Assembly: GCA_035623755.1 (NCBI GenBank)
Contig: DASPSV010000012.1
Coordinates: 3,641 to 67,640, forward strand
Reading direction: 5' to 3'
Source of the DNA: Gemmatimonadales bacterium
Lineage (GTDB): Bacteria; Gemmatimonadota; Gemmatimonadetes; Gemmatimonadales; JACORV01
DNA length: 64,000 nt
Both the position numbers and the translations under genes were made by a program. Below are positions 47,942 to 58,843 of the stretch, one piece after another; within the stretch, counting starts at the first letter, position 1, and every line of letters starts with the position of its first letter. A model generated the notes under the pieces. That model was not told where the DNA came from and did no database searches. It saw only the letters and a program-made list of their open reading frames with translations.

Positions 47942-48348
47942 CGCGGACCCCGCCGCGGCGTGGTGTCGGCCGCCGGCCCGGGGCCCGCCGCCGTGAACGC
48001 CACCCGGCTCTGCGGCCCCTGCGCGTCGATCTGGATCCACAGCGGCAGGCCGCGCCGCGTCAGGTACAGGCTCACCCGCAGCGTGTCGCCCAGGTCGCTC
48101 ACGACCCGCCAGCCCATCGCCGGCATGCTGTGCCGGTAGAACCGCGCCACCGAGTCGATGGCCGCCGGCGCGATCAGCACCACGTGCTGCACCTCCGGCG
48201 TCCCGGTCGTGTCCTCGAGGAGCGACTGGGCCAGGTAGGGCACGTCGAACAGGTAGTTCGGGCGCTGGGCGCGGGCCTTCGGCGCGGGCTCGCCGCAGGC
48301 CGCCGCGCACGCGGCGAGGGTGGCGATCAGAACGGAGCGGGCGGTCAT
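47938..48348 (-). CDS. hypothetical lipoprotein
   Basis: MTARSVLIATLAACAAACG has lipobox-like LAAC/AAAC sequences. No other motif was recognised. Confidence 0.5.
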   Translation of the reverse strand: MTARSVLIATLAACAAACGEPAPKARAQRPNYLFDVPYLAQSLLEDTTGTPEVQHVVLIAPAAIDSVARFYRHSMPAMGWRVVSDLGDTLRVSLYLTRRGLPLWIQIDAQGPQSRVAFTAAGPGPAADTTPRRGPR

Positions 48349-48443
48349 GGCGGCATAGTATCGGAGCGCGCTCCGGCGCGGTCAAGGCGTCGTTGCTGCG
48401 CCTTTGGCCGCGGACTACATTAGCCGTATCCGCGGAGGCTCCG

Positions 48444-49187
48444 GTGGCCGGCCACAATGTCTGGAAGAAGATCAAGCGCAAGAAGGCCGTAACTGACGCC
48501 CGGCGCGGCGCCCAATTCACCAAGATCATCAAGGAGATCACCGTCGCCGCACGCCAGGGCGGCGGCGACCCCGCGGGCAACGCGCGGCTCCGCGTCGCCA
48601 TCGAGGCGGCCCGGGCGGCCAACATGCCCACGGACAACGTCGACCGTGCGATCAAGAAGGGCACCGGCCAGCTCGAGGGCGTGCAGTACGAAGAGGTCGC
48701 CTACGAGGGCTACGGCCCCGGCGGGGCGGCCATCTACATCGAGGTCACGACCGACAACGCCAAGCGCACGGTGGCCGACATCCGCCACCTGTTCACGCGC
48801 TACGACGGCAAGCTCGGCACCACCGGCTCCGTCGCCCACCTGTTCGAGAAGCGCGGGGAGTTCTACGTCCCGGCCGCCAAGTACGACGAGGACGCGACCA
48901 TCGAGGCCGCCCTGGAGGCCGGCGCGCTCGACGTGGTGAAGGAAGGCGAGCACTACCTCGTCACCACGGCGCCGCACGACTTCCACGCCGTCCAGGAAGC
49001 CCTCAAGAAGCACCACATCGCGTGGGAGTCGGCCGAGATCGCGATGATCCCCCGCTCGACGGTGCGGGTCGAGGGCCGCGACGCCGAGAAGCTGGTCAAG
49101 CTGATGGGGGAGCTCGAGGAGCACGACGACGTGGCCCGGGTGTCCTCCAACTTCGACGTCGACCTCGAGGCGCTGGCCGAGGTGTGA
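48444..49187 (+). CDS. YebC/PmpR family DNA-binding transcriptional regulator
   Basis: The GTG at 48444 lies 5 nt after a GGAGG sequence. HNVWKKIKRKKAVTDARRGAQFTKIIKEITVAAR...NMPTDNVDRAIKKG is the family signature. Confidence 0.88.
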   Translation: MAGHNVWKKIKRKKAVTDARRGAQFTKIIKEITVAARQGGGDPAGNARLRVAIEAARAANMPTDNVDRAIKKGTGQLEGVQYEEVAYEGYGPGGAAIYIEVTTDNAKRTVADIRHLFTRYDGKLGTTGSVAHLFEKRGEFYVPAAKYDEDATIEAALEAGALDVVKEGEHYLVTTAPHDFHAVQEALKKHHIAWESAEIAMIPRSTVRVEGRDAEKLVKLMGELEEHDDVARVSSNFDVDLEALAEV

Positions 49188-49684
49188 TCGTGCTCGGGCT
49201 GGACCCGGGTGCCGCCGCCACGGGGTACGGCGTGGTCGAGCTCGCGGCGCCCGGCGCGACCCGCCTGGTCGAGTGCGGGGTCGTCCGCACCGTCCCGTCC
49301 GCCCCGCTCGAGCAGCGCCTGTCGCAGATCTTCGACGCGGTCGCCCAGCTCATCGCCCGCCACCGGCCCGACGCCGTCGCCGTCGAGAGCGTGTTCGTGG
49401 CGAAGAACCCGCGCAGCGCCCTGGTCCTCGGGCACGCCCGCGGCGCGGCGCTGCTGGCCGCGGCGAAGGCCGCCGTGCCCGTCGCCGAGTACGCCCCGGC
49501 GATGATCAAGAAGACCGTGGTCGGCGCCGGCGCGGCCACCAAGATCCAGGTGCAGGTCATGACCGCGCGGCTGCTGCGCCTGAGGACCCCGCCCTCACCC
49601 GACGACGCCGCCGACGGCGTGGCGGTGGCCCTCACCCACTGCATGCGGGGCGCGCGCCGCTTCCGACCGGCGGCGGTTGGATGA
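49184..49684 (+). CDS. ruvC: crossover junction endodeoxyribonuclease RuvC
   Basis: The GTG at 49184 overlaps the yebC stop. VIVLGLDPG carries the catalytic Asp. Also AVESVF and [12 protein letters not shown]. Confidence 0.88.
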   Translation: MIVLGLDPGAAATGYGVVELAAPGATRLVECGVVRTVPSAPLEQRLSQIFDAVAQLIARHRPDAVAVESVFVAKNPRSALVLGHARGAALLAAAKAAVPVAEYAPAMIKKTVVGAGAATKIQVQVMTARLLRLRTPPSPDDAADGVAVALTHCMRGARRFRPAAVG

Positions 49685-50274
49685 TCGCGCTGCTCGCCGG
49701 CACCCTGGCCGTGAAGGAGGCGGACCGCGTCGTGGTGCGCACCCCCAGCGGCGTCGGCTACGAGTGCTTCGTCCCCACCCGCGCGCTGGCCGACCTGCCG
49801 GGCCCGGGCCAGCCGGTGGAGCTGCACACGTCGCTGGTCGTCCGCGAGGACGGCCAGTCGCTGTACGGCTTCACCACCGCCGAGGAGCGGCGCGTGTTCC
49901 AGCGCCTGCTCTCGGCGAGCGGTATCGGCCCGCGGCTGGCGCTCGCCATGCTGTCGCAGTACACCGGCGAGCGGCTGGTGCGCGGCATCCGGGAGCGCGA
50001 CGTCGCCACCCTCGTCGCGGTGCCCGGCGTCGGGAAGAAGACCGCCGAGCGGCTGATCCTCGAGCTGGCCGACAAGACCGACGACCTGGTCGCCGAGACG
50101 GCGGCGCCGGCGACGTCGGTGACCGACGCCGCGACCCAGGCCCTGATCCGCCTCGGCTACAGCGCACCCGAGGCCGACGACGCCGTGCGGCGCGCCCTCG
50201 CGCAGGACGGCCGGCGCGACACCGCCGCGCTGCTCAAGGCTGCCCTCGGCTTCCTCGTGGGCGGGCGGCGTTGA
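49681..50274 (+). CDS. ruvA: Holliday junction DNA helicase subunit RuvA
   Basis: The ATG overlaps the ruvC stop. MIALLAGTL...YGF...[23 protein letters not shown]...[16 protein letters not shown] contains the HhH motifs. Confidence 0.9.
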   Translation: MIALLAGTLAVKEADRVVVRTPSGVGYECFVPTRALADLPGPGQPVELHTSLVVREDGQSLYGFTTAEERRVFQRLLSASGIGPRLALAMLSQYTGERLVRGIRERDVATLVAVPGVGKKTAERLILELADKTDDLVAETAAPATSVTDAATQALIRLGYSAPEADDAVRRALAQDGRRDTAALLKAALGFLVGGRR

Positions 50275-51329
50275 GCCCCGCGCGCTCGGAGATCACCACG
50301 CCCGACGTGCTGCCCGACGAGCGCAGCGCCGAGGCGTCGCTCCGCCCCTCGCGGCTCGACGAGTTCGTCGGCCAGGGGAAGGTCAAGGAGAACCTCCAGA
50401 TCGCCATCGACGCGGCCCGCGGCCGCGGCGAGCCGCTCGACCACGCGCTGTTCTTCGGTCCACCCGGCCTGGGCAAGACCACGCTCGCCATCCTGCTCGC
50501 CCGCGAGATGGGCGTCAGCATCCGCACCACCTCGGGACCGGTGCTCGAGCGGCCGGGCGACCTCGTGGGGCTGCTGACCGGCCTCAAGCGCGGGGACATC
50601 CTGTTCATCGACGAGATCCACCGGATGCGCCCCACCCTCGAGGAGTTCCTCTATCCCGCGATGGAGGACTGGCGCGTGGACGTCCGCGTCGGCGACGGCC
50701 CGCACGCCGAGACGATCCCGATGGCGCTCGAGCCGTTCACGCTCGTCGGCGCCACCACGCGCTACGGGCTCCTGACCCCCCCGATGCGCGCGCGGTTCGG
50801 GATGGTCGAGCGCCTCAACTTCTACCCGCCCGAGGACCTCGCGCGGATCGTCACACGCTCGGCGGGCATCCTCGGCGTCGCGACCGACGGCGACGGCGCG
50901 GACGAGATCGCCAAGCGGAGCCGCGGCACGCCCCGCGTGGCCAACCGCCTGCTCCGGCGGGTGCGGGACTACGCGGCGGTGCGCGCCGAGGGGAAGGTGG
51001 ACCGCGAGACAGCGCGGCAGGCGCTGGCGCGGCTGGACGTGGACGAGTTCGGGCTCGACGACATGGACGCCCGCCTCCTCAAGACCATCATCGAGAAGTT
51101 CGAGGGCGGGCCCGTCGGCCTGGGCACGCTCGCCGTGGCGGTGGGCGAGGACGCCGGCACGCTGGAGGAGGTGTACGAGCCGTACCTCATCCAGCAGGGC
51201 TTCCTCCAGCGCACGCCCCGCGGCCGCATGGCGACGCCCACCGCGTACCGCCACTTCGGTTTCGCCGCGCCGCCCCCCCCCGCCCCGCCCGGCCAGGGCG
51301 CCGGCCAAGACTCCCTGTTCGACCGCTGA
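50271..51329 (+). CDS. ruvB: Holliday junction DNA helicase RuvB
   Basis: The TTG at 50271 overlaps the ruvA stop (TTGA). [12 protein letters not shown], Walker [10 protein letters not shown], Walker [10 protein letters not shown], and [16 protein letters not shown]. Confidence 0.92.
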   Translation: MSPARSEITTPDVLPDERSAEASLRPSRLDEFVGQGKVKENLQIAIDAARGRGEPLDHALFFGPPGLGKTTLAILLAREMGVSIRTTSGPVLERPGDLVGLLTGLKRGDILFIDEIHRMRPTLEEFLYPAMEDWRVDVRVGDGPHAETIPMALEPFTLVGATTRYGLLTPPMRARFGMVERLNFYPPEDLARIVTRSAGILGVATDGDGADEIAKRSRGTPRVANRLLRRVRDYAAVRAEGKVDRETARQALARLDVDEFGLDDMDARLLKTIIEKFEGGPVGLGTLAVAVGEDAGTLEEVYEPYLIQQGFLQRTPRGRMATPTAYRHFGFAAPPPPAPPGQGAGQDSLFDR

Positions 51330-52351
51330 AGACCGCCGACTTCGACTACGCGCTGCCCCCGGAGCTGATCGCGCAGGCGCCGCTGCCGGAGCGCGACGCG
51401 AGTCGCCTCCTGGTACTCGACCGGCCGGCCGGCACGGTGCGCCACCTCCACTTCGCCGCCTTCCCCGACCTGGTCTCGCCCGGCGATCTCGTGGTGATCA
51501 ACGACTCCCGGGTGATTCCCGCGCGCCTGCCCGCGCGCCGCTCGGGCGGCGGCGCCGCGGAGGTGCTGCTCGTCGCGCGCGAGGCCGACGGCGCCTGGCG
51601 CGCGATGGTGCGGCCGGGCGCCCGCATCCGCCCCGGCTCCCGCCTCCTCCTCGGCGGCGACGACGCGATCGAGGTCCTCGCCGGCCTCCCGGACGGCCTC
51701 CGGCGGGTCCGGCTGGAAGGACCCGGTGGCGACGAGGCGGTCATCGCCCGGCGCGGGCAGGTTCCCCTTCCTCCTTATATCACCCGCGCCCCGGAGGAGG
51801 CCGACCGCGAGCGCTACCAGACCGTCTACGCCGCCGCGCCCGGCTCCGTGGCAGCCCCGACCGCGGGGCTGCACTTCACCGCGGGGACGATCGAGCGGCT
51901 GGAGCGGGCGGGCGCCGGCGTGGCCCGCCTCACGTTGCACGTCGGCCCCGGCACCTTCCGCCCGGTGGCGGCCGCGCTCGTCGAGCACCATCATCTCGAG
52001 CCGGAGGCCTACGTGCTGCCCGAGGCCACCGCACGGGCCGTCGCCCAGGCGCACCGGGCCGGCCGCGCGGTCTGGGCCGTGGGCACCACGGTGACGCGGG
52101 TGCTCGAGGCGTGCGCCGACGGCCAGGGGGGCGTCCGGGCGGGCGCGGGCTCGACGGCGCTGTTCATCCGGCCGGGCCACCGGTTCCAGGTCGTGGACCG
52201 GCTGGTGACGAACTTCCACCTGCCGCGGAGCACGCTGCTGATGCTGGTTGCGGCTTTCGCCGGCACGGAGCAGGTGATGAGGGCCTATCGGGAGGCGATC
52301 GGGGAGCGGTACCGATTCTACAGCTACGGCGACGCCATGCTGATGCTGTGA
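51326..52351 (+). CDS. queA: S-adenosylmethionine:tRNA ribosyltransferase-isomerase
   Basis: The conserved N-terminus [20 protein letters not shown] lies upstream of the first ATG/GTG/TTG in this frame. This implies initiation at the CTG at 51326, which overlaps the ruvB stop (CTGA). Also [14 protein letters not shown] and [14 protein letters not shown]. Confidence 0.85.
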   Translation: MKTADFDYALPPELIAQAPLPERDASRLLVLDRPAGTVRHLHFAAFPDLVSPGDLVVINDSRVIPARLPARRSGGGAAEVLLVAREADGAWRAMVRPGARIRPGSRLLLGGDDAIEVLAGLPDGLRRVRLEGPGGDEAVIARRGQVPLPPYITRAPEEADRERYQTVYAAAPGSVAAPTAGLHFTAGTIERLERAGAGVARLTLHVGPGTFRPVAAALVEHHHLEPEAYVLPEATARAVAQAHRAGRAVWAVGTTVTRVLEACADGQGGVRAGAGSTALFIRPGHRFQVVDRLVTNFHLPRSTLLMLVAAFAGTEQVMRAYREAIGERYRFYSYGDAMLML

Positions 52352-52400
52352 GACTGTGCAGGTCCGCGTCCGCTCGTTTCACTGAATTCATCGAGGTAGC

Positions 52401-53534
52401 GTGTTCGAGTTCGATCTTCAGGCCACCTCCGGCAAGGCCCGAGCGGGCACCTGGCGCCTCCCCCACGGCGTCGTGTCGACGCCGTGCTTCATGCCGGTCG
52501 GCACCCAGGGCACCGTGCGCACGCTCTCGCCGCGCGACCTCGAGGCCTGCGGCGCGAGCCTGGTGCTGGCCAACACCTACCATCTCCACGTGCGCCCCGG
52601 CGAGGACGTCGTCGCCCGGCTCGGGGGCCTGCATCGGTTCATGGGCTGGCCGCATCCGCTGCTCACCGACTCGGGCGGTTTCCAGGTCTTCTCGCTCGAG
52701 GGCCGGCGCCGGGTGGACGAGGAGGGCGTGGAGTTCCAGAGCCACGTCGACGGCACCCGGCGCCGCCTGACGCCCGAGCGCGCCGTCGAAATCCAGTGGG
52801 CCCTGGGCGCGGACGTGGCGATGGCCTTCGATCACGTGGTGCCCGGGCCGAGCGGCCGCGAGGCGTCGGCCGACGCCGCCGCCCGGACACTGCGCTGGCT
52901 GAAGCGGGGCGCCGCGCGGTTCGCCGAGCTGGCGCGCGAGGCCCCGGAGCGCCAGACCCTGGTGCCCATCGTGCAGGGCGGGACCTTCTCCGACCTCAGG
53001 CGCACGGCGCTGGCGGGCGTGCTGGAGGCCGGTCCCTGGCGGGCCGTGGCCGTCGGGGGCCTGTCGGTCGGCGAGCCGAAGCCGCTCCTGGAGGGGGTGC
53101 TGGACGACCTCGAGCCCGTGCTGCCGCCCGCGCTCCCCCGTTATCTTATGGGGGTCGGGTTTCCCGAGGACTTCCTCTCGGCGCTGGCGCGGGGCATGGA
53201 CCTCGCGGACTGCGTGGCCCCGACCCGGATGGGGCGGAACGGGGCCGCCTTCACCGACGACGGTCCGGTCAACATCCGCAACGCGCGCCACCGGGAGGAC
53301 CCGGCGCCCCTCGACGCGGGGTGCGACTGCGAGACGTGCACGACCTTCTCGCGGGGCTACCTCCGGCACCTGTTCGCCGCGGACGAGCTGCTGGGGCTGA
53401 AGCTGCTGTCGCTGCACAACGTGCGGTTCCTGATCCGGCTCGCCGCGCGTGCCCGGGACGCGATCCTGGCCGGGACCTTCGAAGGGTGGAGCCGCGCGTG
53501 GCTCGCCCGCTACAGGAGCAGGGAGCAGGCGTGA
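52401..53534 (+). CDS. tgt: tRNA-guanine transglycosylase
   Basis: TPCFMPVGT, LANTYHL, LTDSGGFQV, and the zinc site CDCETC...H. Confidence 0.92.
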   Translation: MFEFDLQATSGKARAGTWRLPHGVVSTPCFMPVGTQGTVRTLSPRDLEACGASLVLANTYHLHVRPGEDVVARLGGLHRFMGWPHPLLTDSGGFQVFSLEGRRRVDEEGVEFQSHVDGTRRRLTPERAVEIQWALGADVAMAFDHVVPGPSGREASADAAARTLRWLKRGAARFAELAREAPERQTLVPIVQGGTFSDLRRTALAGVLEAGPWRAVAVGGLSVGEPKPLLEGVLDDLEPVLPPALPRYLMGVGFPEDFLSALARGMDLADCVAPTRMGRNGAAFTDDGPVNIRNARHREDPAPLDAGCDCETCTTFSRGYLRHLFAADELLGLKLLSLHNVRFLIRLAARARDAILAGTFEGWSRAWLARYRSREQA

Positions 53535-53866
53535 TGGTACCTCCGGCATTCGCGATGATGGCGCCGTCCGGCCAGCAGGGGAGCGGCGCGATCTCCGTGT
53601 TCGTGCTCCAGATCGCCGCGTTCATCGCGATCTTCTACTTCATCCTCATCCGGCCGCAGCGGCAGCAGCAGAAGCGGCACGAGGAGCTGCTCAAGCAGGT
53701 CAAGCGCGGCGACGAGGTCGTCACCTCGGGCGGCGTCGTGGGGGAGGTCGTGCACGTCAAGGACGACCGGATCACCGTCAAGAGCGGCGAGGCGAAGCTC
53801 GTGATCGAGCGCCGCGCGATCGCGCGGGTCGTGACGCCCACCGCCGAAGAGGCTCCCGCGAAGTGA
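53534..53866 (+). CDS. yajC: preprotein translocase subunit YajC
   Basis: The ATG at 53534 overlaps the tgt stop by 1 nt. TM segment IAAFIAIFYFILIRPQRQQQKRH, then GDEVVTSGGVVGEVV. Confidence 0.85.
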   Translation: MVPPAFAMMAPSGQQGSGAISVFVLQIAAFIAIFYFILIRPQRQQQKRHEELLKQVKRGDEVVTSGGVVGEVVHVKDDRITVKSGEAKLVIERRAIARVVTPTAEEAPAK

Positions 53867-54402
53867 GCCTCCGCCAGCTCCACCTGCTCGGCTCTCCGGT
53901 GCTGCGCCAGCGGGCCCACGAGGTCGCGGGCGTGGACGACGGGGTCCGTGCCCTCGTGGCCGACCTGCTCGAGACGATGCGCGCGGCGAAGGGCGTGGGG
54001 CTCGCCTCCAACCAGATCGGGGTCGCCCGCCGCGTCGCGGTCGTGTCGGTCGAGAACGAGGGCGAGTTCCCGCTCATCAACCCGGTGATCGTGGAGAGCG
54101 GCGGCAAGCAGGTCGGCGAGGAGGGATGCCTGTCGATCCCCGACATCTACGCCGACGTGGAGCGGGCGGAGCGGGTGGTGGTGGACACGCTGGACGAGCG
54201 CGGGGCACGCCGGCGGATCGAGGCCACGGGGTACCTGGCCCGCGCGATCCAGCACGAGATCGACCACCTGGACGGGATCCTGTTCCTCGACCGGGTGGGG
54301 CCCCTCAAGCGGCGCCGGCTGCTCGCCGACTGGAAGAAGGCCCGCCAGGGCGCCGAGGGGCACCTCAAGGACGTCGTGCCGGAGGGCGCGACCAAGCTGT
54401 AA
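53863..54402 (+). CDS. def: peptide deformylase
   Basis: The GTG overlaps the yajC stop. GVGLASNQIG, EGCLSIP and HEIDHLDG (the three Def motifs). Confidence 0.9.
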   Translation: MSLRQLHLLGSPVLRQRAHEVAGVDDGVRALVADLLETMRAAKGVGLASNQIGVARRVAVVSVENEGEFPLINPVIVESGGKQVGEEGCLSIPDIYADVERAERVVVDTLDERGARRRIEATGYLARAIQHEIDHLDGILFLDRVGPLKRRRLLADWKKARQGAEGHLKDVVPEGATKL

Positions 54403-54410
54403 GGGCAACC

Positions 54411-55334
54411 GTGCGGGTCCTCTTCTACGGCACGCCCGATTTCGCGGTCCCGTCGCTGCGCGCGCTCCTCGGCGAAGGCTTCGACGTGGCTGCCGTGGTG
54501 ACCCGGCCCGACAAGCCGACCGGCCGCCACCGCTCGCACGCGCACGCCTCGGCGGTCAAGACGGTGGCCGCGGCGGAGGAGCTCCCGGTGCTGCAGCCGG
54601 AACGCCCCGGGACGCCCGAGTTCCTCGACGCCGCGCGGTCGCTCGCCCCGGATCTCGCCATCGTGGTCGCGTACGGCCATATCCTCCCGCAGGCGCTGCT
54701 CGACGTCCCGCGCCAGGGATCGGTCAACGTGCACGCCTCCCTGCTGCCGGCCCTGCGCGGCGCCGCGCCGATCCAGCGCGCGATCCTGCAGGGCTGCACG
54801 GAGACCGGCGTCACGATCATGCGGATGGAGGCCGGCATGGACACCGGGCCGATCCTGCACCAGGTCGCGACGCCGATCGCGCCGGACGAGACGGGGGGCG
54901 AGCTGTCGGCGCGCCTGGCGGAGCTGGGCGCCGAGGCGCTGATCGAGGCGCTGACGCTCATGGAGGAGACGGGCCTCGAGCCCAGGCCGCAGGACCACGC
55001 CCGGGCCACGCTGGCGCCCAAGATCGCGCGCGAGGAGGAGCGGCTGGACTGGACGGGCGGCGCAGAGGACGTGGCGCGGAAGATCCGCGCCTTCGACCCG
55101 AGGCCGGGGGCTTGGACCTCGTGCCGGCAGCGCGACCTCAAGCTGTTCGGGGCGGCCGCCGCGCCCGAAAGCGGCGAGCCCGGCTGCGTGCTGGCGGCGG
55201 GCGACGTGCTGCGCGTGGCCTGCGGCTCCGGGTCGGTGACGGTGGCGGAGGTGCAGCCGGCCGGCCGCGGGCGCATGCCCGCCCGGGCGTTCGTCAACGG
55301 CCGCGGCGTCGCGGCGGGCGACCGGCTCACGTGA
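54411..55334 (+). CDS. fmt: methionyl-tRNA formyltransferase
   Basis: GTG start. [36 protein letters not shown]. Confidence 0.9.
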   Translation: MRVLFYGTPDFAVPSLRALLGEGFDVAAVVTRPDKPTGRHRSHAHASAVKTVAAAEELPVLQPERPGTPEFLDAARSLAPDLAIVVAYGHILPQALLDVPRQGSVNVHASLLPALRGAAPIQRAILQGCTETGVTIMRMEAGMDTGPILHQVATPIAPDETGGELSARLAELGAEALIEALTLMEETGLEPRPQDHARATLAPKIAREEERLDWTGGAEDVARKIRAFDPRPGAWTSCRQRDLKLFGAAAAPESGEPGCVLAAGDVLRVACGSGSVTVAEVQPAGRGRMPARAFVNGRGVAAGDRLT

Positions 55335-56161
55335 TCGCGCCGCTGCCGCGGCTGCACGCGGTCACCGACGACCGGACCGTCGCGGCGGGTGGAATCGTCG
55401 AGCGGGCGGCGGCGCTGGCCGTCGCGGCGGGTCCCGAGCTGGCCGTGCACGTGAGGACACGGGCCCTGGGCGGCGCCGCCCTGCTCGACCTGGCGCGCGC
55501 CGTGGGCGCCGCGCTCGCCCCGCACGGCGGCTGGCTGGTGGTGAACGACCGCGCCGACGTGGCGCGCGCGGCCGGCGCCCGGGCCCTGCAGCTGGGACGC
55601 GGCGCCCTCGACGTGCAGGCCGCCCGGCGCGTCGTTCCGGGGATGCCGGTGGGCCGCTCGGTGCACGACGAGGCATCGGCGCGTGCGGCGCGGGCCGAGG
55701 GCGCCGACTACCTCGTCGCCGGACCGCTGTTCGCGACCGCCAGTCACCCGGGCACCGCCGCCGCGGGACCGGCGCTGGTGCGGCGGGCCGCCGCCACCGG
55801 GCTGCCGGTGATCGCGATCGGGGGCCTGACGCCCGAGCGCGCAGGCGCGGCGCTCGAGGCCGGTGCGTGGGGCGTCGCCGCGGTGCGCGCCCTGTGGGAC
55901 GAAGCCGATCCCGGCGCCGCCGCGCGCGCGTTCCTCGCCGCGCTGCCGGCCGCCGCGACCCTGCCCGTGGTCGTGAACGGGGAATCGCGCGTCGTGCCCG
56001 CGGGTACTACGCTGCGCGGGTTGCTGGAGCAGCTGGATCTCGATCCCCGCGCGGTGGTCGTCGAGCACAACCGCCGCATCGTCCGCCGCGACGCGCTGGA
56101 GACGGCGCGGCTCGCCGCGGGCGACGCCGTCGAGCTGGTGCACTTCGTGGGCGGAGGATGA
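55331..56161 (+). CDS. thiE: thiamine-phosphate synthase fused in frame to sulfur carrier ThiS
   Basis: The GTG overlaps the fmt stop. ThiE core (LHAVTD..., [14 protein letters not shown]). The C-terminal 66 aa, [23 protein letters not shown]...[14 protein letters not shown], form a ThiS domain ending in the diagnostic GG. No stop codon separates the two parts. Confidence 0.75.
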   Translation: MIAPLPRLHAVTDDRTVAAGGIVERAAALAVAAGPELAVHVRTRALGGAALLDLARAVGAALAPHGGWLVVNDRADVARAAGARALQLGRGALDVQAARRVVPGMPVGRSVHDEASARAARAEGADYLVAGPLFATASHPGTAAAGPALVRRAAATGLPVIAIGGLTPERAGAALEAGAWGVAAVRALWDEADPGAAARAFLAALPAAATLPVVVNGESRVVPAGTTLRGLLEQLDLDPRAVVVEHNRRIVRRDALETARLAAGDAVELVHFVGGG

Positions 56162-56208
56162 TCGGGACGGACGAACGGACGCACGGACGCACAGGAAGGA
56201 AAGAGACG

Positions 56209-57012
56209 ATGGCGACCGCAGTGACCGAATCGGTCTTCCAGGACACGCCGCTGGTGGTCGGCGGCCGGACCTTCCGGTCCCGCCTGCTGGTGGGCACGGG
56301 CAAGTACAAGGACAACGCCGTGATGGTCCGCGCGCTGGAGGCGTCGGGCGCGGAGGTCGTGACGGTGGCGGTGCGCCGCATCAGCCTCGACCGGACCAAG
56401 GAAGAGGGCATCCTCTACCACCTCGATCCCGGCCGCTTCTTCCTGCTGGCCAACACCGCCGGCTGCTACACGGCGGAGGACGCGGTGCGCTACGCGCGCC
56501 TCGCCCGCGAGGCCGGCTTCAACCAGTTCGTCAAGCTGGAAGTGATCGGCGACCAGAAGACCCTGCTGCCGGACGTGGCCGGCCTGCTCGAGGCGGCGCG
56601 CACGCTGGTGAAGGAAGGCTGCAAGGTCATGGCCTACACCAACGACGACCTGGTGACCGCGCTGCGGCTCGAGGACGCCGGCTGCGTGGCCGTCATGCCC
56701 CTCGCCTCGCCGATCGGCTCCGGCCTCGGCCTCCTCAATCCGTACTCGATCCGCACCATCAAGGCGCGGCTGACGGTGCCGGTGATCGTGGACGCCGGCG
56801 TGGGCACGGCGTCGGACGCCTGCGTCACGATGGAGCAGGGCGTGGACGGGTTGCTCATGAACACGGCCATCGCGGAGGCCGCGGACGCGGTGGCGATGGC
56901 CCACGCGATGCGGCTCGCGACGGAGGCGGGGCGGGCGGCGTTCCTCGCCGGGCGGATGCCGCGCCGCGAGGTGGCCGTGCCCTCCAGCCCGACCGCGGGG
57001 ATGCTCGCATAG
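56209..57012 (+). CDS. thiG: thiazole synthase
   Basis: [40 protein letters not shown]. Confidence 0.92.
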   Translation: MATAVTESVFQDTPLVVGGRTFRSRLLVGTGKYKDNAVMVRALEASGAEVVTVAVRRISLDRTKEEGILYHLDPGRFFLLANTAGCYTAEDAVRYARLAREAGFNQFVKLEVIGDQKTLLPDVAGLLEAARTLVKEGCKVMAYTNDDLVTALRLEDAGCVAVMPLASPIGSGLGLLNPYSIRTIKARLTVPVIVDAGVGTASDACVTMEQGVDGLLMNTAIAEAADAVAMAHAMRLATEAGRAAFLAGRMPRREVAVPSSPTAGMLA

Positions 57013-57128
57013 CCCCGCTGTTCGAGCGGTTTCGCCCCGCGGGCCGGCCGCCCGCCGCCGGGCCGGACGCGCCCCCGGGCCCGCCGGTCCCCGCCGTCCC
57101 GGCGCCGCCTCCGCCGCGCGCGCGGCGC

Positions 57129-57629
57129 GTGCTGATGCTGATCGGCGGTGTCGCTCTCACCGCGCTCGCGGGCTATCTTGTGGCGGCCGTGCTGATCTTC
57201 CCGGCTCCGCTGCTGCCGAGCGAGCGCCGGGTCCCGCGCGTCATCGGCGCCCTGGTGGACGAGGCGCAGCGGTCGCTCCGCAAGGAGGGGTTCCGCACGG
57301 AGATCGCGGACAGCGCCCCGCATCCGGCGTACGCCCCCGGCGTGGTGTCCTGGCAGGACCCGTCCCCGGGCGTCGCGGCGCCGCGCGGCTCGACCGTCGC
57401 GCTCACGCTCAGCGAGGGCGCCCCGCGGCGGATCGTCCCGGACGTGCGCGGGATGGACCCGGAGCTCGCGCGGCGGCTGCTGGCGGCCGCGGGCTTCGCG
57501 GTCGGCCGCGTGGATACGGTCCCGGGATCGCTCCCCGCCGGCGTGGCGGCCGGGACCGACCCGTCCGCGGGCGACAGCGTGGGAGCCGGCACCAGCGTCG
57601 TGCTCCAGGTGGCGAAGGGAGCCAAGTGA
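57129..57629 (+). CDS. membrane-anchored protein with two PASTA domains
   Basis: TM segment LIGGVALTALAGYLVAAVLIF. Two PASTA-like repeats follow (VPRVIG...AQRSLRKEGF...V and VPDVRGMDPELARRLLAAAGF...). Confidence 0.65.
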   Translation: MLMLIGGVALTALAGYLVAAVLIFPAPLLPSERRVPRVIGALVDEAQRSLRKEGFRTEIADSAPHPAYAPGVVSWQDPSPGVAAPRGSTVALTLSEGAPRRIVPDVRGMDPELARRLLAAAGFAVGRVDTVPGSLPAGVAAGTDPSAGDSVGAGTSVVLQVAKGAK

Positions 57630-58312
57630 CCGTACGCATCGCGCCGAGCATCCTCAGCGCCGACCTCGCGCACCTGATGGACGAGGTCGAGCGCGTGCTG
57701 GCCGGCGGGGCCGACCAGATCCACGTGGACGTGATGGACGGGCACTTCGTTCCCAACCTCACCTGGGGCGCGCCCATCGTCGCCGCGCTGCGGCGCTTCA
57801 CCGACGCGCCGCTCGACTGCCACCTCATGGTGGAGCATCCGGAGGCGTACATCGCGCCGTTCGCCGAGGCCGGCGCGACGTTCCTCACCATCCACGTCGA
57901 GGCCACCGCGCACCTCCAGCGGCACGTCGCCGAGATCCGCCGGCACGGGATGCGCCCTGGCGTCGCGCTCAACCCCGCCACGCCGCTCGGCGCGGTGACC
58001 GAGATCGTGGACGAGCTCGACCTGCTCCTGGTGATGACGGTCAACCCGGGCTTCGGCGGGCAGCAGTTCTGGGATCCGGCGATCGACAAGGTGCGCCGCG
58101 CGCGCTCGCTCCTCGCCGAGCGCGAGAGCCGGGCGCTGCTCGAGGTGGACGGCGGGGTGGCGCGCGAGACCATCGCCCACCTGTCGGCCGCGGGCGCCGA
58201 CACGTTCGTGGCCGGCAATGCGATATTCACGGTGGCCGACGCCGCCGCCGAGGTGCGGGAGCTGCGGCGCCTGGCGGAGACGGGCGCGAGCGGGAGGAAG
58301 GTCAAGCGATGA
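57626..58312 (+). CDS. rpe: ribulose-phosphate 3-epimerase
   Basis: The GTG overlaps the previous stop. IAPSILSAD, HVDVMDGHFVPN, MTVNPGFGGQ, VDGG. Confidence 0.92.
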   Translation: MTVRIAPSILSADLAHLMDEVERVLAGGADQIHVDVMDGHFVPNLTWGAPIVAALRRFTDAPLDCHLMVEHPEAYIAPFAEAGATFLTIHVEATAHLQRHVAEIRRHGMRPGVALNPATPLGAVTEIVDELDLLLVMTVNPGFGGQQFWDPAIDKVRRARSLLAERESRALLEVDGGVARETIAHLSAAGADTFVAGNAIFTVADAAAEVRELRRLAETGASGRKVKR

Positions 58313-58842
58313 GAGCCCAGTGGATCGCGGTCGCCGTCGTCGTGCTGGTGCTGGGCGCGGGGCTCGTCCTGGGCCTCAAGCTGAAGCCGGAGATCTTCCC
58401 GGTCGAGGTCGGCTCGACCGCGCCGACCTTCGCCGCGACCGACCTGGCGACCGGCCGCCACGTCACGCTGGCGGACTACAGGGGCGAGGTGGTGCTGCTC
58501 AACATCTGGGCCACGTGGTGCGAGCCGTGCAAGGTCGAGATGCCCTCGCTCGAGCAGCTGCAGAAGGACATGGGCCCGCAGGGCCTCAAGATCGTCGCCG
58601 TCAGCATCGACGAGGGCGGCCCCGACGTGGTGCGCCAGTACGCCCGCGACCTCGGCCTGACCTTCGCCATCCTCCACGACCAGTCCGGCCACATCAAGGA
58701 GATCTACCAGACCACCGGCGTGCCCGAGAGCTTCGTCATCAACCGCGAAGGGCGGATCGAGAAGAAGGTCATCGGCGCCACCGACTGGGATGCGGCCGTG
58801 AACAAGGACCTCGTGCGCCGTCTCCTGGCGCGGCAGGGCTGA
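58309..58842 (+). CDS. TlpA/ResA-family thiol:disulfide oxidoreductase (thioredoxin fold), membrane-anchored
   Basis: N-terminal TM segment. Active site WATWCEPCKVEMP. Confidence 0.85.
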   Translation: MRAQWIAVAVVVLVLGAGLVLGLKLKPEIFPVEVGSTAPTFAATDLATGRHVTLADYRGEVVLLNIWATWCEPCKVEMPSLEQLQKDMGPQGLKIVAVSIDEGGPDVVRQYARDLGLTFAILHDQSGHIKEIYQTTGVPESFVINREGRIEKKVIGATDWDAAVNKDLVRRLLARQG

Positions 58843-58843
58843 G

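Noticed and set aside
56162-56208. Possible TPP riboswitch upstream of thiG; the region shows repeated ACGGACG units.
   Set aside because: The 47-nt gap is too short. It lacks the conserved CUGAGA…ACCUGAUCUGGAUAAUGCCAGCG core and contains only a purine-rich Shine-Dalgarno region.
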